Positions 1 through 13,938 of a DNA stretch of 64,000 bases are shown here, piece by piece (within the stretch, counting starts at the first letter, position 1; each line of letters opens with the position of its first letter). The position numbers were made by a program, and so were the translations under genes. The notes beneath the pieces were generated by a model. The model was not told the DNA's origin and ran no database searches. It was given only the letters and a program-made list of their open reading frames with translations. The stretch spans positions 22,630,001 through 22,694,000 of the forward strand of contig NC_043016.1 of NCBI RefSeq assembly GCF_006345805.1. The letters run 5' to 3'. The stretch is from Octopus sinensis (lineage: Eukaryota).

Positions 1-1039
1 TTTATATGATTTATTTGTGCATCATAGACTTAAAGCTGTTTCTCAGATGCGAACGACATAAACAAATACTATAATCTTCAGAGCCTGCACACCGATGCGA
101 AACGTGCGGGTTCTAAATATGATAATGATTTATTAAGTTCGTTCAATTTTATAAATTGAGCAAACGGAACTATGAATGCACTTATGACTTACATCTTAGA
201 AACAGTTATAAGTCTACAATGCACAAATAAGGAAATATGTATAGCCCATTATTTTATGCCTTTTCTGGTATATGCGCGTGTGTGTGTGTGCATGTATGTA
301 TATATGTATGTATGTATGTATATATACACACTCTCACATGTATGTATGTATGGATATTTAGAAATTTACGTTTATATATACATGTACATATATTCGAATG
401 TATATATGTGTGTATGTAGGTTCACACACCTATATATATATATATATATATGTATGTACACACGCACGCATGCACACACGTATTTACGTGTGATTTGTGG
501 GGCGGGGTGCTTGTATAATATTCTTATATGCAGGCATGTCTCTTAACCAAAGAAGATACTGTCCTCATTGAACAACAAGAGATTGTTTTCCATTCCAAAA
601 TATCATCACCACATTCTGTCACTATCGGAATATACAGTAAGTCCAGCTGTCAATAATTTTCTTGTTTGTTTCTCTGGCACTCAGCATTTCCTCAGAATTA
701 TAAATAAAAGACTACTAAGAATGGTGGTCGTTTATATTTCCATATATATTTATTTACCGATGGTCATTTTTGATTAGGCTTAAAAGAACAGATATGCATC
801 TCGTTGAACTCAACTATCTGCTTGTCTGGCTCTCTTTCTGACCTATGTCAAATCTCTCCCTCGCTCTCTTCCCCCTTCTCTCTTTCTCTCTCCCTTTTTG
901 TATATGTGTATGTGTATTGGATTGCCCTAAAAGTCCACACATTTTTAAAACAAAAACAAGACACAAGTTTTAAACACAAAGTAATTTATTCAACCAATGA
1001 TATAGTTTCATTCCAGTATCTTCTGCCATCTTGTAAGCA

Positions 1040-1660
1040 GATTCGTTATTTTCTGTTTTAAGAATTTCCTGCCTTTACCAGCGAAATTTTACAACCACTT
1101 CAAAGTTGAACGTCCGTGCATTCAATGAATTTTGAAGAGACTGAAACACGTGGAAATTTGAAGGCACAAGATCGGGCGAATATGGAGAGTGAGGCAAAAC
1201 TTTTACATCTGCATAGAAGTATGCGGTGTGACATTGTCGTGATGAAAGGCAATGCCCTTACAATTAAAAAGTGCTGGTCCTGTCTATAGAAAGAAGCTCG
1301 TAAAAAACAACACTTTTCCAATCCCACCAAATTTCGGATGAAGTTCTGCTTTGGAGGTTGTTTGTGGTGGTTTTCCCCACTTCCTCCGTGAGCGTTTGCT
1401 CTTCACATTGTTATAGACGACCTATTTGTCGTCCCCTGTAGACCATTCTCTTCAAGAAAAGGGTTATTTTCTTCACGTCGTTTCTGCAACGAATTGCAAA
1501 CGGAAATCCATTGAGCGAGATTAGCCTCAATCAGTTGATGTGGGACCCGAACATAAAACCTGATGGCGTAACCAAGTTAATGCAGATGGTTTTCAACACT
1601 CGATTTGTTTATTTGGAGAATATCTGCGATCATCCTGGTCGTACAACGGAGGCTTCATAC
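1040..1660 (-). mobile_element. Decayed mariner transposase fragment
   Basis: Frameshifted minus-strand motifs WVPHQL, PFLKRMVTGDDK, PQTTSKAELHPK and LPHSPYSPDLVPSNFHVFQSLQN (the YSPDLAP motif). Confidence 0.85.
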
Positions 1661-1919
1661 ACAAGTGTATGAATGTTCAGTTATATGTATATATACACAC
1701 AGACAAACAAACAAGCAAACAGATCATAATGGATAAGCTCATCAGTTTCGGAGAATTCTCGGCTCTTGCGATTATTTCCCCTTTTTTCATTCAGCATCAG
1801 TCGCAATAGTCTCCAGGTGTTTGTTTATATTCTCTCAAAACGGTGATAATTTTAATAAATTAACTTTTCATTAACTTTTCAACACACCCTCATATATAGA
1901 TATCCATATCTATAAATAC

Positions 1920-2720
1920 CCTCAGAGTTATCGTTGAAAGGGATTGAAAACTGCAGTGAAATATAAGGCAAATAGAGTAAGAGCAGTTATATCACCACTG
2001 ACTGGAAGTGGAAGTGGGTTCAAGTATTGCTTCACCAATACCAACATGTAAAGATGTGATGATATTTGTAAATTCATTGGAACAACCAACTTTTCTGAGA
2101 ATTGTCCATAGCATATCGCAACTGAATCAAAAGTCTTAGTGAAGCCATTGAAGCAATGATAGAGGTCAAGTCACTGCTCAATTCATTTCTCTTGTAGTTG
2201 ACAAGCAGAAAATATCACATCATTGGTTCCTCTCCCACTCTAAAAACTTGATTGAGTCTTGGGAAGAAAAGATGCCCGACTATGTTGAATGAAATGACCA
2301 AGAATAATTCCACTCAATATTTTCCCTACTAAGAAGAGAAATACCTGCAGAATTACCATGTAAATCTTTACCATCTTTTCCTTTGCTCAACATTTTCAGT
2401 AATTTATCTCTCCAATCCCTGATGAAACTACCTGCATATTATGTTCAATATTCTTCAGAAAACTAAACATTCTGTTTTGCCCTACTTTCAGCACTTCTGT
2501 TGGAGAGTCATAAATACCAGGAGCTTTTACATTTTAAGTTTGCATAAAGCATCTCTTACTTCACTGAAAGCATTTTAATTGGTATGCGATGAATGGGACC
2601 TAAATATAAATCAATCAGTGTTTGATGAGTAATTTAGCAAGTCAGTAAAATATTCTTGCCACTGCTGAAAGATTTTATTTGAACCGTTAATACAGCTATT
2701 GCAATACTAAAGGCTATTAG
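1920..2720 (-). mobile_element. Decayed RTE-clade LINE reverse transcriptase fragment
   Basis: Minus-strand remnants WQEYFTDLLN, KAPG, GISLLS..GKIL, LPKTQSSF.SGRGTNDVIFSACQLQEK, FTKTFDSV and LWTILRKVGC, with stops and frameshifts. Confidence 0.85.
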
Positions 2721-2825
2721 GAGCACAGGAAATTGAGTAAGGACCATAAATTTAATATATGAAGAGATGAAGATTCATGGTTGAGCCAATTTTGAACTCA
2801 AAACTGTAATGATAGCACTCTTTCT

Positions 2826-3022
2826 CTCTCTTTTCACTTGTTTCAGTCATTTGACTGCGGCCATGCTGGAGCACTGCCTCTAGTTGAAATCGACCCCAGA
2901 ACTTATTCTTTGTAAGCCTAGTACTTATACTATCGGTCTTTTGCCAAACCACTAAGTTACGGAAACCTAAACACACCAGCATCAAACGATGTTGTGGGGA
3001 CAAACACAGATACACAGCATAT

Positions 3023-3074
<52 letters not shown>

Positions 3075-3215
3075 GATGGGCTTCTTTCAGTTTCCGTCTA
3101 CCAAAGCCACTCACAAGGCTTTGGTCGGCCCGAGGATATAGTAGAAGAGACTTGCCCAAGGTGCCACGCAGTGGGACTGAACCCGTAACCATGTGGTTGG
3201 TAAGCAAGCTGACTG
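2826..3215 (-). mobile_element. tRNA-headed SINE family A (internal (TA)n/(CA)n), Octopus-type
   Basis: Near-identical copies at about 4254-4625(+), 5570-5790(+), 15567-15970(-), 17865-18030(-), 19600-19965(-), 43160-43555(-) and 62995-63280(+). B-box-like GGTTCAGTCCC in the head. Confidence 0.8.
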
Positions 3216-3627
3216 CCATTAACAACTTGTAATCATTAGCTATCGGCTAGAAATAGCAGCTAAATCACATCTCAATCTACCACCTTAAAATGAGGAATGG
3301 CGCACTGGATTGTCGGATTCTGTAGACATTGTTTAAATAAAAAGGTGAATGATCATGGCTGGGATGCCTTTGGTCAGGTCAGCTCAAATCATAGCTGATT
3401 GACGGAAAAATGACAAGAGCAATTAACAACCATCAGGTACACTTTTACATGCTACACATGTAACAGATCTATACTGTGATTTAAACTTGGAGCCTCTTGG
3501 TTTCCAAACACAAAACTGGTATTTTATCATGTTAGTAAAAATCTGACCATTGGTTTACTAGGAATTTTTAGAATTTGTTCAAAACAACTAACAGGTATAA
3601 TGATGTCAAGAAAAATCTAACCAATGA

Positions 3628-3972
3628 TCTCTCTCTATATAAACGGCAGTTTGTCTGTGTGTGTTTCTGTAACCGATTCTGATGAAACTTGACACACACA
3701 TAGCCCAATGTCATAATTCAAAACTAACGCAGCGAAAATTTTGAAAAGTTCCCTCAGTTCTGAAAAAAATCGATAAATTCGACATGGGGTCGAGAATCAG
3801 AAACACAAACCACAGACTGTCTAGGGGACGCAACTCCACCTTTTTAACTCTCAAAAATAAATTTACCATAATTTTTTTTTCATCTTTTTGCTATTTTTTG
3901 GCTATAACTCTCTAAAAATGCTTTATAGTTATTTCCCTTACAAACCCGAGCAACGCCGGGCGATACTGCTAG
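3628..3972 (+). mobile_element. Non-autonomous Helitron-type element
   Basis: 5' A|TC start, 3' CTAG|T end, subterminal GC-rich hairpin CCCGAGCAACGCCGGG at 3945-3960. Confidence 0.75.
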
Positions 3973-4253
3973 TATTCAATAAATACACATTATATTATCA
4001 TATTCTTTGAATGATGTCAGCAAAAATTCTATTAAATTCCAAATTGTTGATTGAAAATCAGCAGAGCTTTAATTCTGCTAAAACACAGCTTATAAAGAGT
4101 ATCAAACAACAGACAGTAACACAGAGATGAGCACAATAACAGACAGACCTGATCAGGTCACCAGTTGGTAAGCGGCAAGCTGATGCTTGGTGACATGATG
4201 TAGGATCAGCTAACAACAATAGAAACTGATAAGAGTCATGAATGATGAAACAT

Positions 4254-4625
4254 GTAGTAAGTAGCTTGTTTACCTACCACATGGTTCCAGGTTCAGTCCC
4301 ACTGCGTGGCACCTTGGGCAAGTGTCTTCTACTATAGCCTCGGGTCGGCCAAAGCCTTGTGAGTAAATTTGGTAGACAGAAACTGAAAGACACCCATCGT
4401 ATATATGTATATATATAAAATGTGTGTGAGTGTGTGTGTGTCTGTGTTTGTCCCCCCCCCCCCAACATCGCTTGACAACCGATGCTGGTGTGTTTACGTC
4501 CCTGTAACTTAGCGGTTCGGCAAAAGAGACCGATAGAATAAGTACTAGGCTTACAAAGAATAAGTCCCAGGGGTCGATTTGCTCGACTAATGGCCAAAGT
4601 CAAATGACTGAAACAAGTAAAAGAG
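4254..4625 (+). mobile_element. SINE family A copy
   Basis: Reverse complement of 2826-3215; CpGs largely intact. Confidence 0.8.
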
Positions 4626-4909
4626 AGTAATAGATACTACCATCAAAACACCAACAGAACTTCTGTCATGCAAGTCTGTTTTAACAACCTGACTCTCAGC
4701 AAAGAAATGAATGCTACACTGACTGCACCATTATATCAACATTCATCACTTCACAGAAAAATCCCTACATAATGTTGTGAAATTAACTGTTTTCTTGATC
4801 TTTTTTCTTTTTGCATTTGGTTTTTTCATTCTAAAGTAACGAAAAATATTTGATTAAGGACCGATTCCAACTCACATACATTTCGTCAACTCTAGCTTAT
4901 CTTTTTTTT

Positions 4910-5300
4910 TTAAAGGAAGCACTCCGTCGGTTACGACGATGAGGGTTCCGGTTGATCCGAATCAACGGAACAGCCTGCTCGTGAAATTAACGTGTAAGTG
5001 GTTGAGCACTCCACAGACATGTGCACCCTTAACGTAGTTCTCGGGGATATTCAGCATGACACAGAGAGTGACAAAGCCGGCCCTTTGAAATACAAGGTAC
5101 AACAGAAACAGGAAGTAAGAGTGAGAGGAAGTTGTGGTGAAAGAGTACAGCAGGGATCACCACCATCCCCTGCCGGAGCCTCATAGAGCTTTTAGGTGTT
5201 TTCGCTCAATAAACACTCACAACGCCCAGTCTGGGAATCGAAACTGCAATCCTATGACCGTGAGTTCGCTGCCCTAACCATTGGGCCATTGCGCCTCCAC
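4910..5300 (-). mobile_element. tRNA-headed SINE family B
   Basis: Head GGCGCAATGGCCCAATGGTTAGGGCAGCGAACTC...GTTTCGATTCCCAGACTGGGC with A/B boxes. The head of a second copy lies at about 63935-64000 (+). Confidence 0.75.
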
Positions 5301-5794
5301 GTCTAGCTTATCATCATACCGTTAAATACATGAGCCTACAAGCAGCAAAGTCTCTATGCAGTCATGCAATTTACTAGAAATAACAACCAAATCTCCCTCA
5401 CTTTACACCTTACCATCATACTTCATTAAAGAACAATTTACACACGTCAGCATTTCAAAAAAAAGTCATTCGACGTGCTAGTAATAGCAACTAAATCTCT
5501 TTCAAATTACACTCTACCATGGAAAGATATAGTGGATGTATTATTATTATCATTATTATTATTATTAGATGGAAACTGAAAGAAGCCCGTCGTATATATG
5601 TATGTTTGTGTGTCTATTTATCCCCCCAACACTGCTTGACAACCAATGCTGGTGTGTTTATGTCCCTGTAACTTAGCGGTTTGGCAAAAGAGACCGATAC
5701 TAGGCTTACAAAAATAAGTCCTGGAGTTGATTTGCTCAACTAAAGGTGATGCTCCAGCATGGCCACAGTCCCAACTGAAACAAGTAAAAGAGTA

Positions 5795-6005
5795 AGGCTG
5801 TAAGCTGGCAGAATCGTTAGCAGGCAGGGTGAAATGCTTACCAGTATTTCATCTGTCTTTACATTCTGAGTACAAATTCCGCCAAGGTCAATTTTGCCTT
5901 TCATCCTTTCAGGGTCAATAAATTAAGTACCAGTTAGGTACTGGGGTTGATCTAATCAACTGGTCCCCTCCCCCAAAATTTCAGGGCTTGCGCCTAGAGT
6001 AGAAA
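5795..6005 (+). mobile_element. tRNA-headed SINE family C copy
   Basis: GCTGGCAGAATCGTTAG...TTCTGAGTACAAATTCCGCC head and CTTTCATCCTTTC core; about 20 further copies in the window. Confidence 0.75.
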
Positions 6006-6686
6006 AGAAAATACATTGGATGATGTAGTTCTGACGTCATAAACATAATCTTTCATCTTTTTCTTGTAACGATCATTGAAGTGCGGCCATGCTAGGACAT
6101 CACCTAGATAATACATGGAATAATGTCTGAAAATATCAGTTTCCATCTACCAAATAGAATTCTTTGTTCTCTGAATAGAAGACACTTGCTGATGAATGGA
6201 TATGACCAGTTAAGTGCTCATCATCATTATTTAACGTCCACATTTCCATGCTTACATGGGTACGGTGGAATTTATAATGGTAGATTTTTCCGCAGCCAAA
6301 TGCCCTTCCTATCTATAAACAAGGTAATATTTCCCCATGGAAATAAATGATGAGCTTTTTTTCATCAATTTCCATCTACCAAATTCACTTAAAAGATTTT
6401 TGGTTGGCCAAGGGCTATAGCAGAAGAAACTTGCACAAGGTACCACGTAGTGGGAGTGAACCTGGAACCATGTGGTTGGGAAGCAAGCTTTTTAAAACAT
6501 AGTCACACCTTCACCTGTTTAAATAAATTTTCTGACAAGCACACAAGGTCAGATATTGGATGTGGGGGGCCTATAGATTTTATTGATCTCCAGTATTTTA
6601 TTAGTACATCTATCCTTGTTTATCATGAATGTTTCGTTTTGGGATTTGGTTTTCAAGATTCTTTATATGAGTTCGTGTGTCGAAGC

Positions 6687-6987
6687 ATATTCTGTTGTGT
6701 CTGGAGGAGAGTATTTTCTTTTTTTGTGCCTTACAATTTAACACACTCACCGGTAAAATTTCCACTTATTTCTTATTTCTATTTTCCTAAAATTTTCATT
6801 GCATCTTGCAACCTTTTCAATAGTCTTATTGAAAAGACTATTGAAAAAGTTGCAAGACGCAACAAAAATTTTAGGAAAATAAAATAAGAAATAAGTGGAA
6901 ATTTGGAAATTTTACTGGTGAGTGTGTTAAATTATAAGGCACAAAAAGAAAATGACTCTCCCCAGACACAACAAAATAATAGAATAT
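6687..6987. repeat. Fold-back palindrome (~140-bp arms, 6-nt loop), MITE-like
   Basis: TTGTGTCTGG...AATAGTCTT (6695-6827) is the reverse complement of AAGACTATT...CCAGACACAA (6834-6971), with scattered mismatches and one short indel. Confidence 0.85.
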
Positions 6988-7229
6988 ATGAGGAAAAACA
7001 GGTCTTGTCCCAAAACCTCAACTTGTCCTCCTAATTTACCCAAATAACACCTCCAAACAATTTTTAAACACACATAATGATAGTGTTTTACGGTTGGTCT
7101 AATATTTAGAGTAAAATTTATGATCAGTAAACAACAAATACAATCATCTCCATTCTTTGTTTGGATTAAACGCTTTTATATTTTTTCCATTCACTGGTGG
7201 CATGTTGATGAGTACATTGTATGTAAATC

Positions 7230-8290
7230 TATATAAAAAATACCCTAATACAAGGCCTGAAATTTGGGGGAAGGATCCAGTTGATTACATCGACCTCAGT
7301 GCTTAACTGGTACTTATTTTATTGACCCCAAAAGGATGAAAGGCAAAATTGACCTTGGCAGAATTTGAACCCAACACATATAGATAGATGAAATGCCAAT
7401 AAGCATTTTCTCCAGTGAGCTAATGATTTAACCAGCTCACCACCTACTTAAATAATAATAATCCTTTCTATTATAGACACAAGGCCTGAAATTTGGGTAA
7501 GGGGCATAGTCGATTACATTGACCCCAGTATTCAACTGGTACTTAATTTATCGACCTCAAGAAGATGAAAGGCAAAGTTGACCCTGGCAGAATTTGACCT
7601 CAGAACACAAAGATGGGCAAAATGCGGCTAAGTATTTTGTCCGATGTGTTAACAATCTTGGCAGTTCACCACCTTAATAATAATAATCCTTTCTACTATA
7701 GGAACAAGGCCAGAAATTTGGGGAGAGGTGGCTAGTTGATTACATTGATCTCAGTACATATCTTGTACTTATTTCATCAACCCCAAAAGGATGAAAGACA
7801 TAATTGTCCACAACAGGTTTTCAACTCAGAACATAAAGAACTAGAACAAATACTGCCAGTCTGACACTCTAATGATTCTGCTAAAAGCCCTAGGCACAAG
7901 GCCTGAAATTTGGGGGAGGGGACTAGTTGATTAGATCAACCCCTATGCTTAGAAGGTTTATTTTACTGATTCTGAAAGGATGGAAAGCAAAGTCAACCTC
8001 GGTGGATTTTGAACTCAGAACGTATGAAATACCGCTCAGCATTTTGTCTGGCCTGCTAACAATTGTGCCAACTTGCTCCCTTCTTAAATAAGAAGAATCC
8101 TTTCTACTAAAGGCACAAGACCTGAAATTTTGCTGGAGGGGACCAGTCGATTATATCAACTCCAGTGTTTCACTGGTACTTAATTTATCGACTCCAAAAG
8201 AATGAAAGGCAAAGCTGATCTTGACAAAATTTGAACTCAGAACATAAAGACAGATCAAATACTGCTAAGCATTTTGTCTGGGGAGCCTTA
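7230..8290 (-). mobile_element. Head-to-tail array of five SINE family C copies
   Basis: Five repeats of (AAT)n-CCTTTCTACTA..GGCACAAGGCCTGAAATTT...AAGGCAAAGT...GAACTCAGAAC, each about 200 bp. Confidence 0.8.
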
Positions 8291-8559
8291 ATCAGTAGAT
8301 TTGTAAATTTAGGAAGCCAACAAAATATGGCTGACAAGCAGGAAACAGATGTGTACAATTGTTGTTGGCATTTAGCCCCAGGCCAGTTGTCAATGATCAG
8401 ACCTTATTATGAAAGGCATTGCAATTGTGACAATTCCATCTGTTTTCAGAGATGATAGAATGGGATTGGAGAGAAGGCTGGTCAATATTTCTAGCAGCAT
8501 TGTCAAGAATGTTGGAAATGGATTAGGCGTGTGTGTTTATACATATACATATATAAATA

Positions 8560-8900
8560 TTGAGACCCCTTCGGTCATGGCTGACCGTGGGCTTGCATCT
8601 GGAAAGTTACCCTCCCAGGCACAAGTCTGGGCAAGGTTGTTTATGGAAGACCAGCAGTCGTCCATGCATACCGGCGTCCCCTCTCCACACCACCAGTGTT
8701 ATCCAAGGGAAAGGCAAATACTGATACAGCTTGGCACCTGTGACGTCGCAACTCATTTCTACAGCTGAGTGAACTGGAGCAATGTGAAATAAAGTGTCTT
8801 GCTCAAGAACACAACACACAGCCTGGTCCGGGATTTGAACTCACAACCTCACGATTGTAAGCTCGATGCTCTAACCACTGAGCCATGTGCCTTCACATAC
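8560..8900 (-). mobile_element. tRNA-headed SINE family D with conserved central domain
   Basis: Minus-strand head TGGCTCAGTGGTTAGAGC...GAGTTCAAATCCC followed by GTGTTCTTGAGCAAGACACTTTATTTCAC. A related central segment occurs at about 27240-27520 (+). Confidence 0.7.
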
Positions 8901-9851
8901 ATATATATGAGAGAGAGAGACATGTAATTACACACATGCTCTTTTCAGACTCTTCCTTCTCTCTGGACCTTTCTTCTTTCCTGACAAAGAACCATGCTTG
9001 AAATCTCACACCTTTCTCTTTTCCATCTGAAACTGACCATCAACCTAATACATTCACTGAGTAAATCCTTCTGACTTTTGTTTTATTTTTTTGCCTATAT
9101 GTATACATGTCCCAAACTCTCTTCCAACATCTATATCACTTTGGAACATATCACCTTTACACAACCAGTTGCTACCTTCCTCAACTTCCGTCCTTCTTTC
9201 TCATTTTCATCCTTTCCCTTGTCCTCTACCATACTTCATCTTAACACCTGTCATATCTGCTATCATTCCCAGCACCCTCTAATATCTACTACCATGCCCA
9301 CTCACAATAGCCATCTTTATGTACCTCTACATCTATCTCCCCAGCATTCATATGCTTTGCTTTATCACCCTGTATCTTTGATCCATTTCTATCTATCTCA
9401 CTTTACCCCTAATCCCATACAGATATTTCCCATCAAGCCACACTCCCACTCATCACTCACTATATTCACCTCAACTCCTATCTCTCATCTGTTACTCTTC
9501 CTTCACACTCTCATAACAGCCGCCCCCTGCTGATCCACTGCCCATATCATTTATCTCATCACTATCATCTCATCTTCTTCCCAGCTACTCCCACCTACCC
9601 TTATATAATGTAGAGTAACCATGTATCTTCTCCTTAGCAAAGCACCTCTGCTTGTCCCTGTCATAAAACCACCTCTCCCCTACTTAGTGGAGGGGATCCC
9701 TCAATTCATTTTTTTTCCTCTCTTGCAAGTTACTTTCCAACCTCACAAGTGCCAGTTGCACTAAAAACCACCCTATACACATTGTAAAGTAGTTATTATT
9801 AAAGAAGGGCATCCAGTTGTAACAGACGCTTAGTGAAATTCTCTCTCTCTC

Positions 9852-10390
9852 TGTTATATATAACATAAATACAGACGTAACAGGTAACAGCTAGCCTTCG
9901 GCTGTTTGGACCCTGTTGTGTCCACTACTCTGATTGGTTGGTATTGGTGCAATTTGTCTCTTGCTCTATTGTGCGCCAATGTGCAACCCAACCAATCGCA
10001 GCCTTCTGATAAGGTCCCATGACACAGTTTTTCTAGAGCTCCATTTGAGCCTATAATTTGCTATAAAACTTTGATTCCTGTTGTAGTCTCTTTCTATGCT
10101 CTGTATTTTATCTCACATGCATACACCCTTGTTTGTAGACACATACACTTTATGTATGCATGACGGCCTGTCTATTATTATTATATATGTACTATGTCAC
10201 ACACACAGACACACACTCTGCTAACACATAAATAAAACCTTTCTCTTAACATTCTACGGTTGTGTCTTCTTTCTTTCCTTTCTGGCACTCATACTCATTT
10301 ATCCTTTTTGCTTTTATTGCAAGCGACCGTGCAGTGTATTAAAGGAGTCATTCATTCATCACCTCTCCTTTCGCACGGTCATTCTACACA
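9852..10390 (+). mobile_element. Possible solo LTR
   Basis: TG...CA ends, four CCAAT boxes (9933-9996), TATA-like CTATAAAA at 10061, AATAAA at 10231. TSD not verifiable because of the flanking (CT)n. Confidence 0.4.
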
Positions 10391-11173
10391 GTCAGAGTAA
10401 CCAAGCCAAAGCTGACATGCAACATAATGCAGCTCAGTGGCACACCAAATCCTGTTAAACTATCCAACTTGTGCTAACATGGAAAACGAATGTTAAATAA
10501 TGATAATGATGGTACATGTCTCACCAGCTTCCTCATCATTTCAACTTCCACTTTCCTCACAAGTTAATGTTTTCTCCATAGCTGAACATGGTTTTCATGG
10601 AAGACTGAAAGCAAACAACACTGCTTGTATGACAATGACACTCATTTACAACTATTGAACGATACCAAGCCAAGGGTGTACTCACAAACATATGACCAGC
10701 TTCTTTCAGTTTTTGTCTACCATCATCTACCAGATCCATTCACAAGGCTCTGGTCAGCCAAAGACAAACAGTTGCCCCAGATGCAGCATACTGGAATTGA
10801 ACCCAGAAGCATATGGCTGAGAAGCAAACTCCCTGACCACATAGCCATGCTGAGAGAGGGGTGGTCAGACAGACTGTGTGTGTGTGAGTGTTTGCGTGTG
10901 TATACAAATAAAAGGGTTGTCTTTCAAATGAACAAACAGGTGAAGTATGGGCAAGTTAGAGAAACACAGAAAAATATTTGAACAATTAATTTAGCTTTCT
11001 TCAAATAAGGTTTTTATTATTCCACTCCACATATATTTTTAATATTAACCAGCATTATTATTTGTTTTGCTTGTTTGTTGTTTTTCTTTTTTTTTTCAAA
11101 TATATCCATTTATTTAATTATTTTCATTTTTGCTTAATTGTTCATTATTAACTGTTTCAGTAACAACAAGGAA

Positions 11174-12195
<1,022 letters not shown>

Positions 12196-13264
12196 GTAAA
12201 TATAAATAAAAAAAACGCGTAAGAATATTCAACCCCTTTCCTAAATTGGTTTTGATCGCTTAAACTCTAGTAATTATTGATGTAATCTCTGGTTTATTAT
12301 TTAATTCTTTATTCTCTCTTTTATTCCATAACAATTTCTGTCGAAAAGTTTCCTCTTTAACCAACAATGTTTCTTCCTTAGTCACTAGGAAGAAAGAACA
12401 TGTACAGAATGGAAAAAAAAAAATATTTCAAACATTTTCTTTTACAAATATAATAATTAAAAAAAAAAAAAAAAAAAAAAACAGAATTCGGGATTTTGTT
12501 CCATTTATGAGGGTTTCAACTGTGATGACTAAATACAATTCTATGATCCTCATAAGTAGTGAAAAAGACCAAGAATTAGTGTGTAGTTTACATTTTATTA
12601 TATAATTCATTAACTTTTCAAATTTTTTTAAAATTTTATTTTATTTTTATTTAATTTCCTAGATGGGGGAAGATACTGAAGGGAGAGAAGGTTTTTTTTT
12701 TTTAGATTTGTGGGAGGGAGTGAATGGATGACATAATTATTGTGTATTTAATAGTGGCAACAGGATCATCATTATCGTCATCATCATCATCATCTTTGCA
12801 ACAAAAAAAATTTACTGTGGACAATGAAAATAATAATAATAATAATAAAAATATTAATAATAATTATTATTATTATTATTGATATAATGTGTTCTTGGAA
12901 CAATAGAATTACATGTATGTCTTTAACACGATTAGTTTACTTGCTCAACAGAAAAATATAAAACAAGATCAAATAGGACCAGGGGTTAGGGGCTAAATTG
13001 GAAGATTGCACTAAAAGTGATTTCATAAAAAGTATCAGCATACATGATATGTGTGTGTGTGTGTGTAAAGATACATATACACACAAATACAAACTGCACA
13101 CATATGCACAATACACACATACATATATATAATGCATGTAAGAATACACACACATATGTATGTATGTATATATATACAATTATATATACACATACATACA
13201 CACATATATTACACATACGCAGATTAAAATGCACATATATATAATACATGCGTGTGTATGTGTG

Positions 13265-13303
<39 letters not shown>

Positions 13304-13398
13304 AAGAGAGGAAAAAAGAACATTCTTGTTTTAGAAGTGAAGCAAAGCTAAATTCCAATGACATGGCTGGCAAGAAATTATATATATATATATATATA

Positions 13399-13458
<60 letters not shown>

Positions 13459-13580
13459 CACATATATATATACACATGCACACACATACACACACTATAT
13501 ATATATTAATATATATACATATATAAAGATATATATTATATATATATATATGCATATATACATATATCTCTATGTGTGTA

Positions 13581-13623
<43 letters not shown>

Positions 13624-13938
13624 TATATTATATACACACATATATATATGTAACACACACACAAATATGCACACAGACACACACATATCACATACATGCA
13701 CACATATATTTACTATTAAGATCTCACCCACCCTCCCTATCCTCTCCACAAACAGTCTTATATTTTCCTTGTAAAGTTCTGTAAAAGGGAAAATGGGAGT
13801 ATTTGATTTTGTTCCTTAACATCCTTTTATTAGTATTTTCTTTTCTTTTCATTTTCTGATTTTGGTTCAATAAATTGTCCGTGCTTGTGTGTGTTTGTGT
13901 GTATGTATTTATACTTGTGTATAATTTTGCTTTTATTT

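Noticed and set aside
1725-1765. GAAACTGATGA on the minus strand; also CTGACGA in family E copies and CTGATGA near 28740
   Set aside because: Wrong order or spacing, or no supporting helices for a hammerhead.
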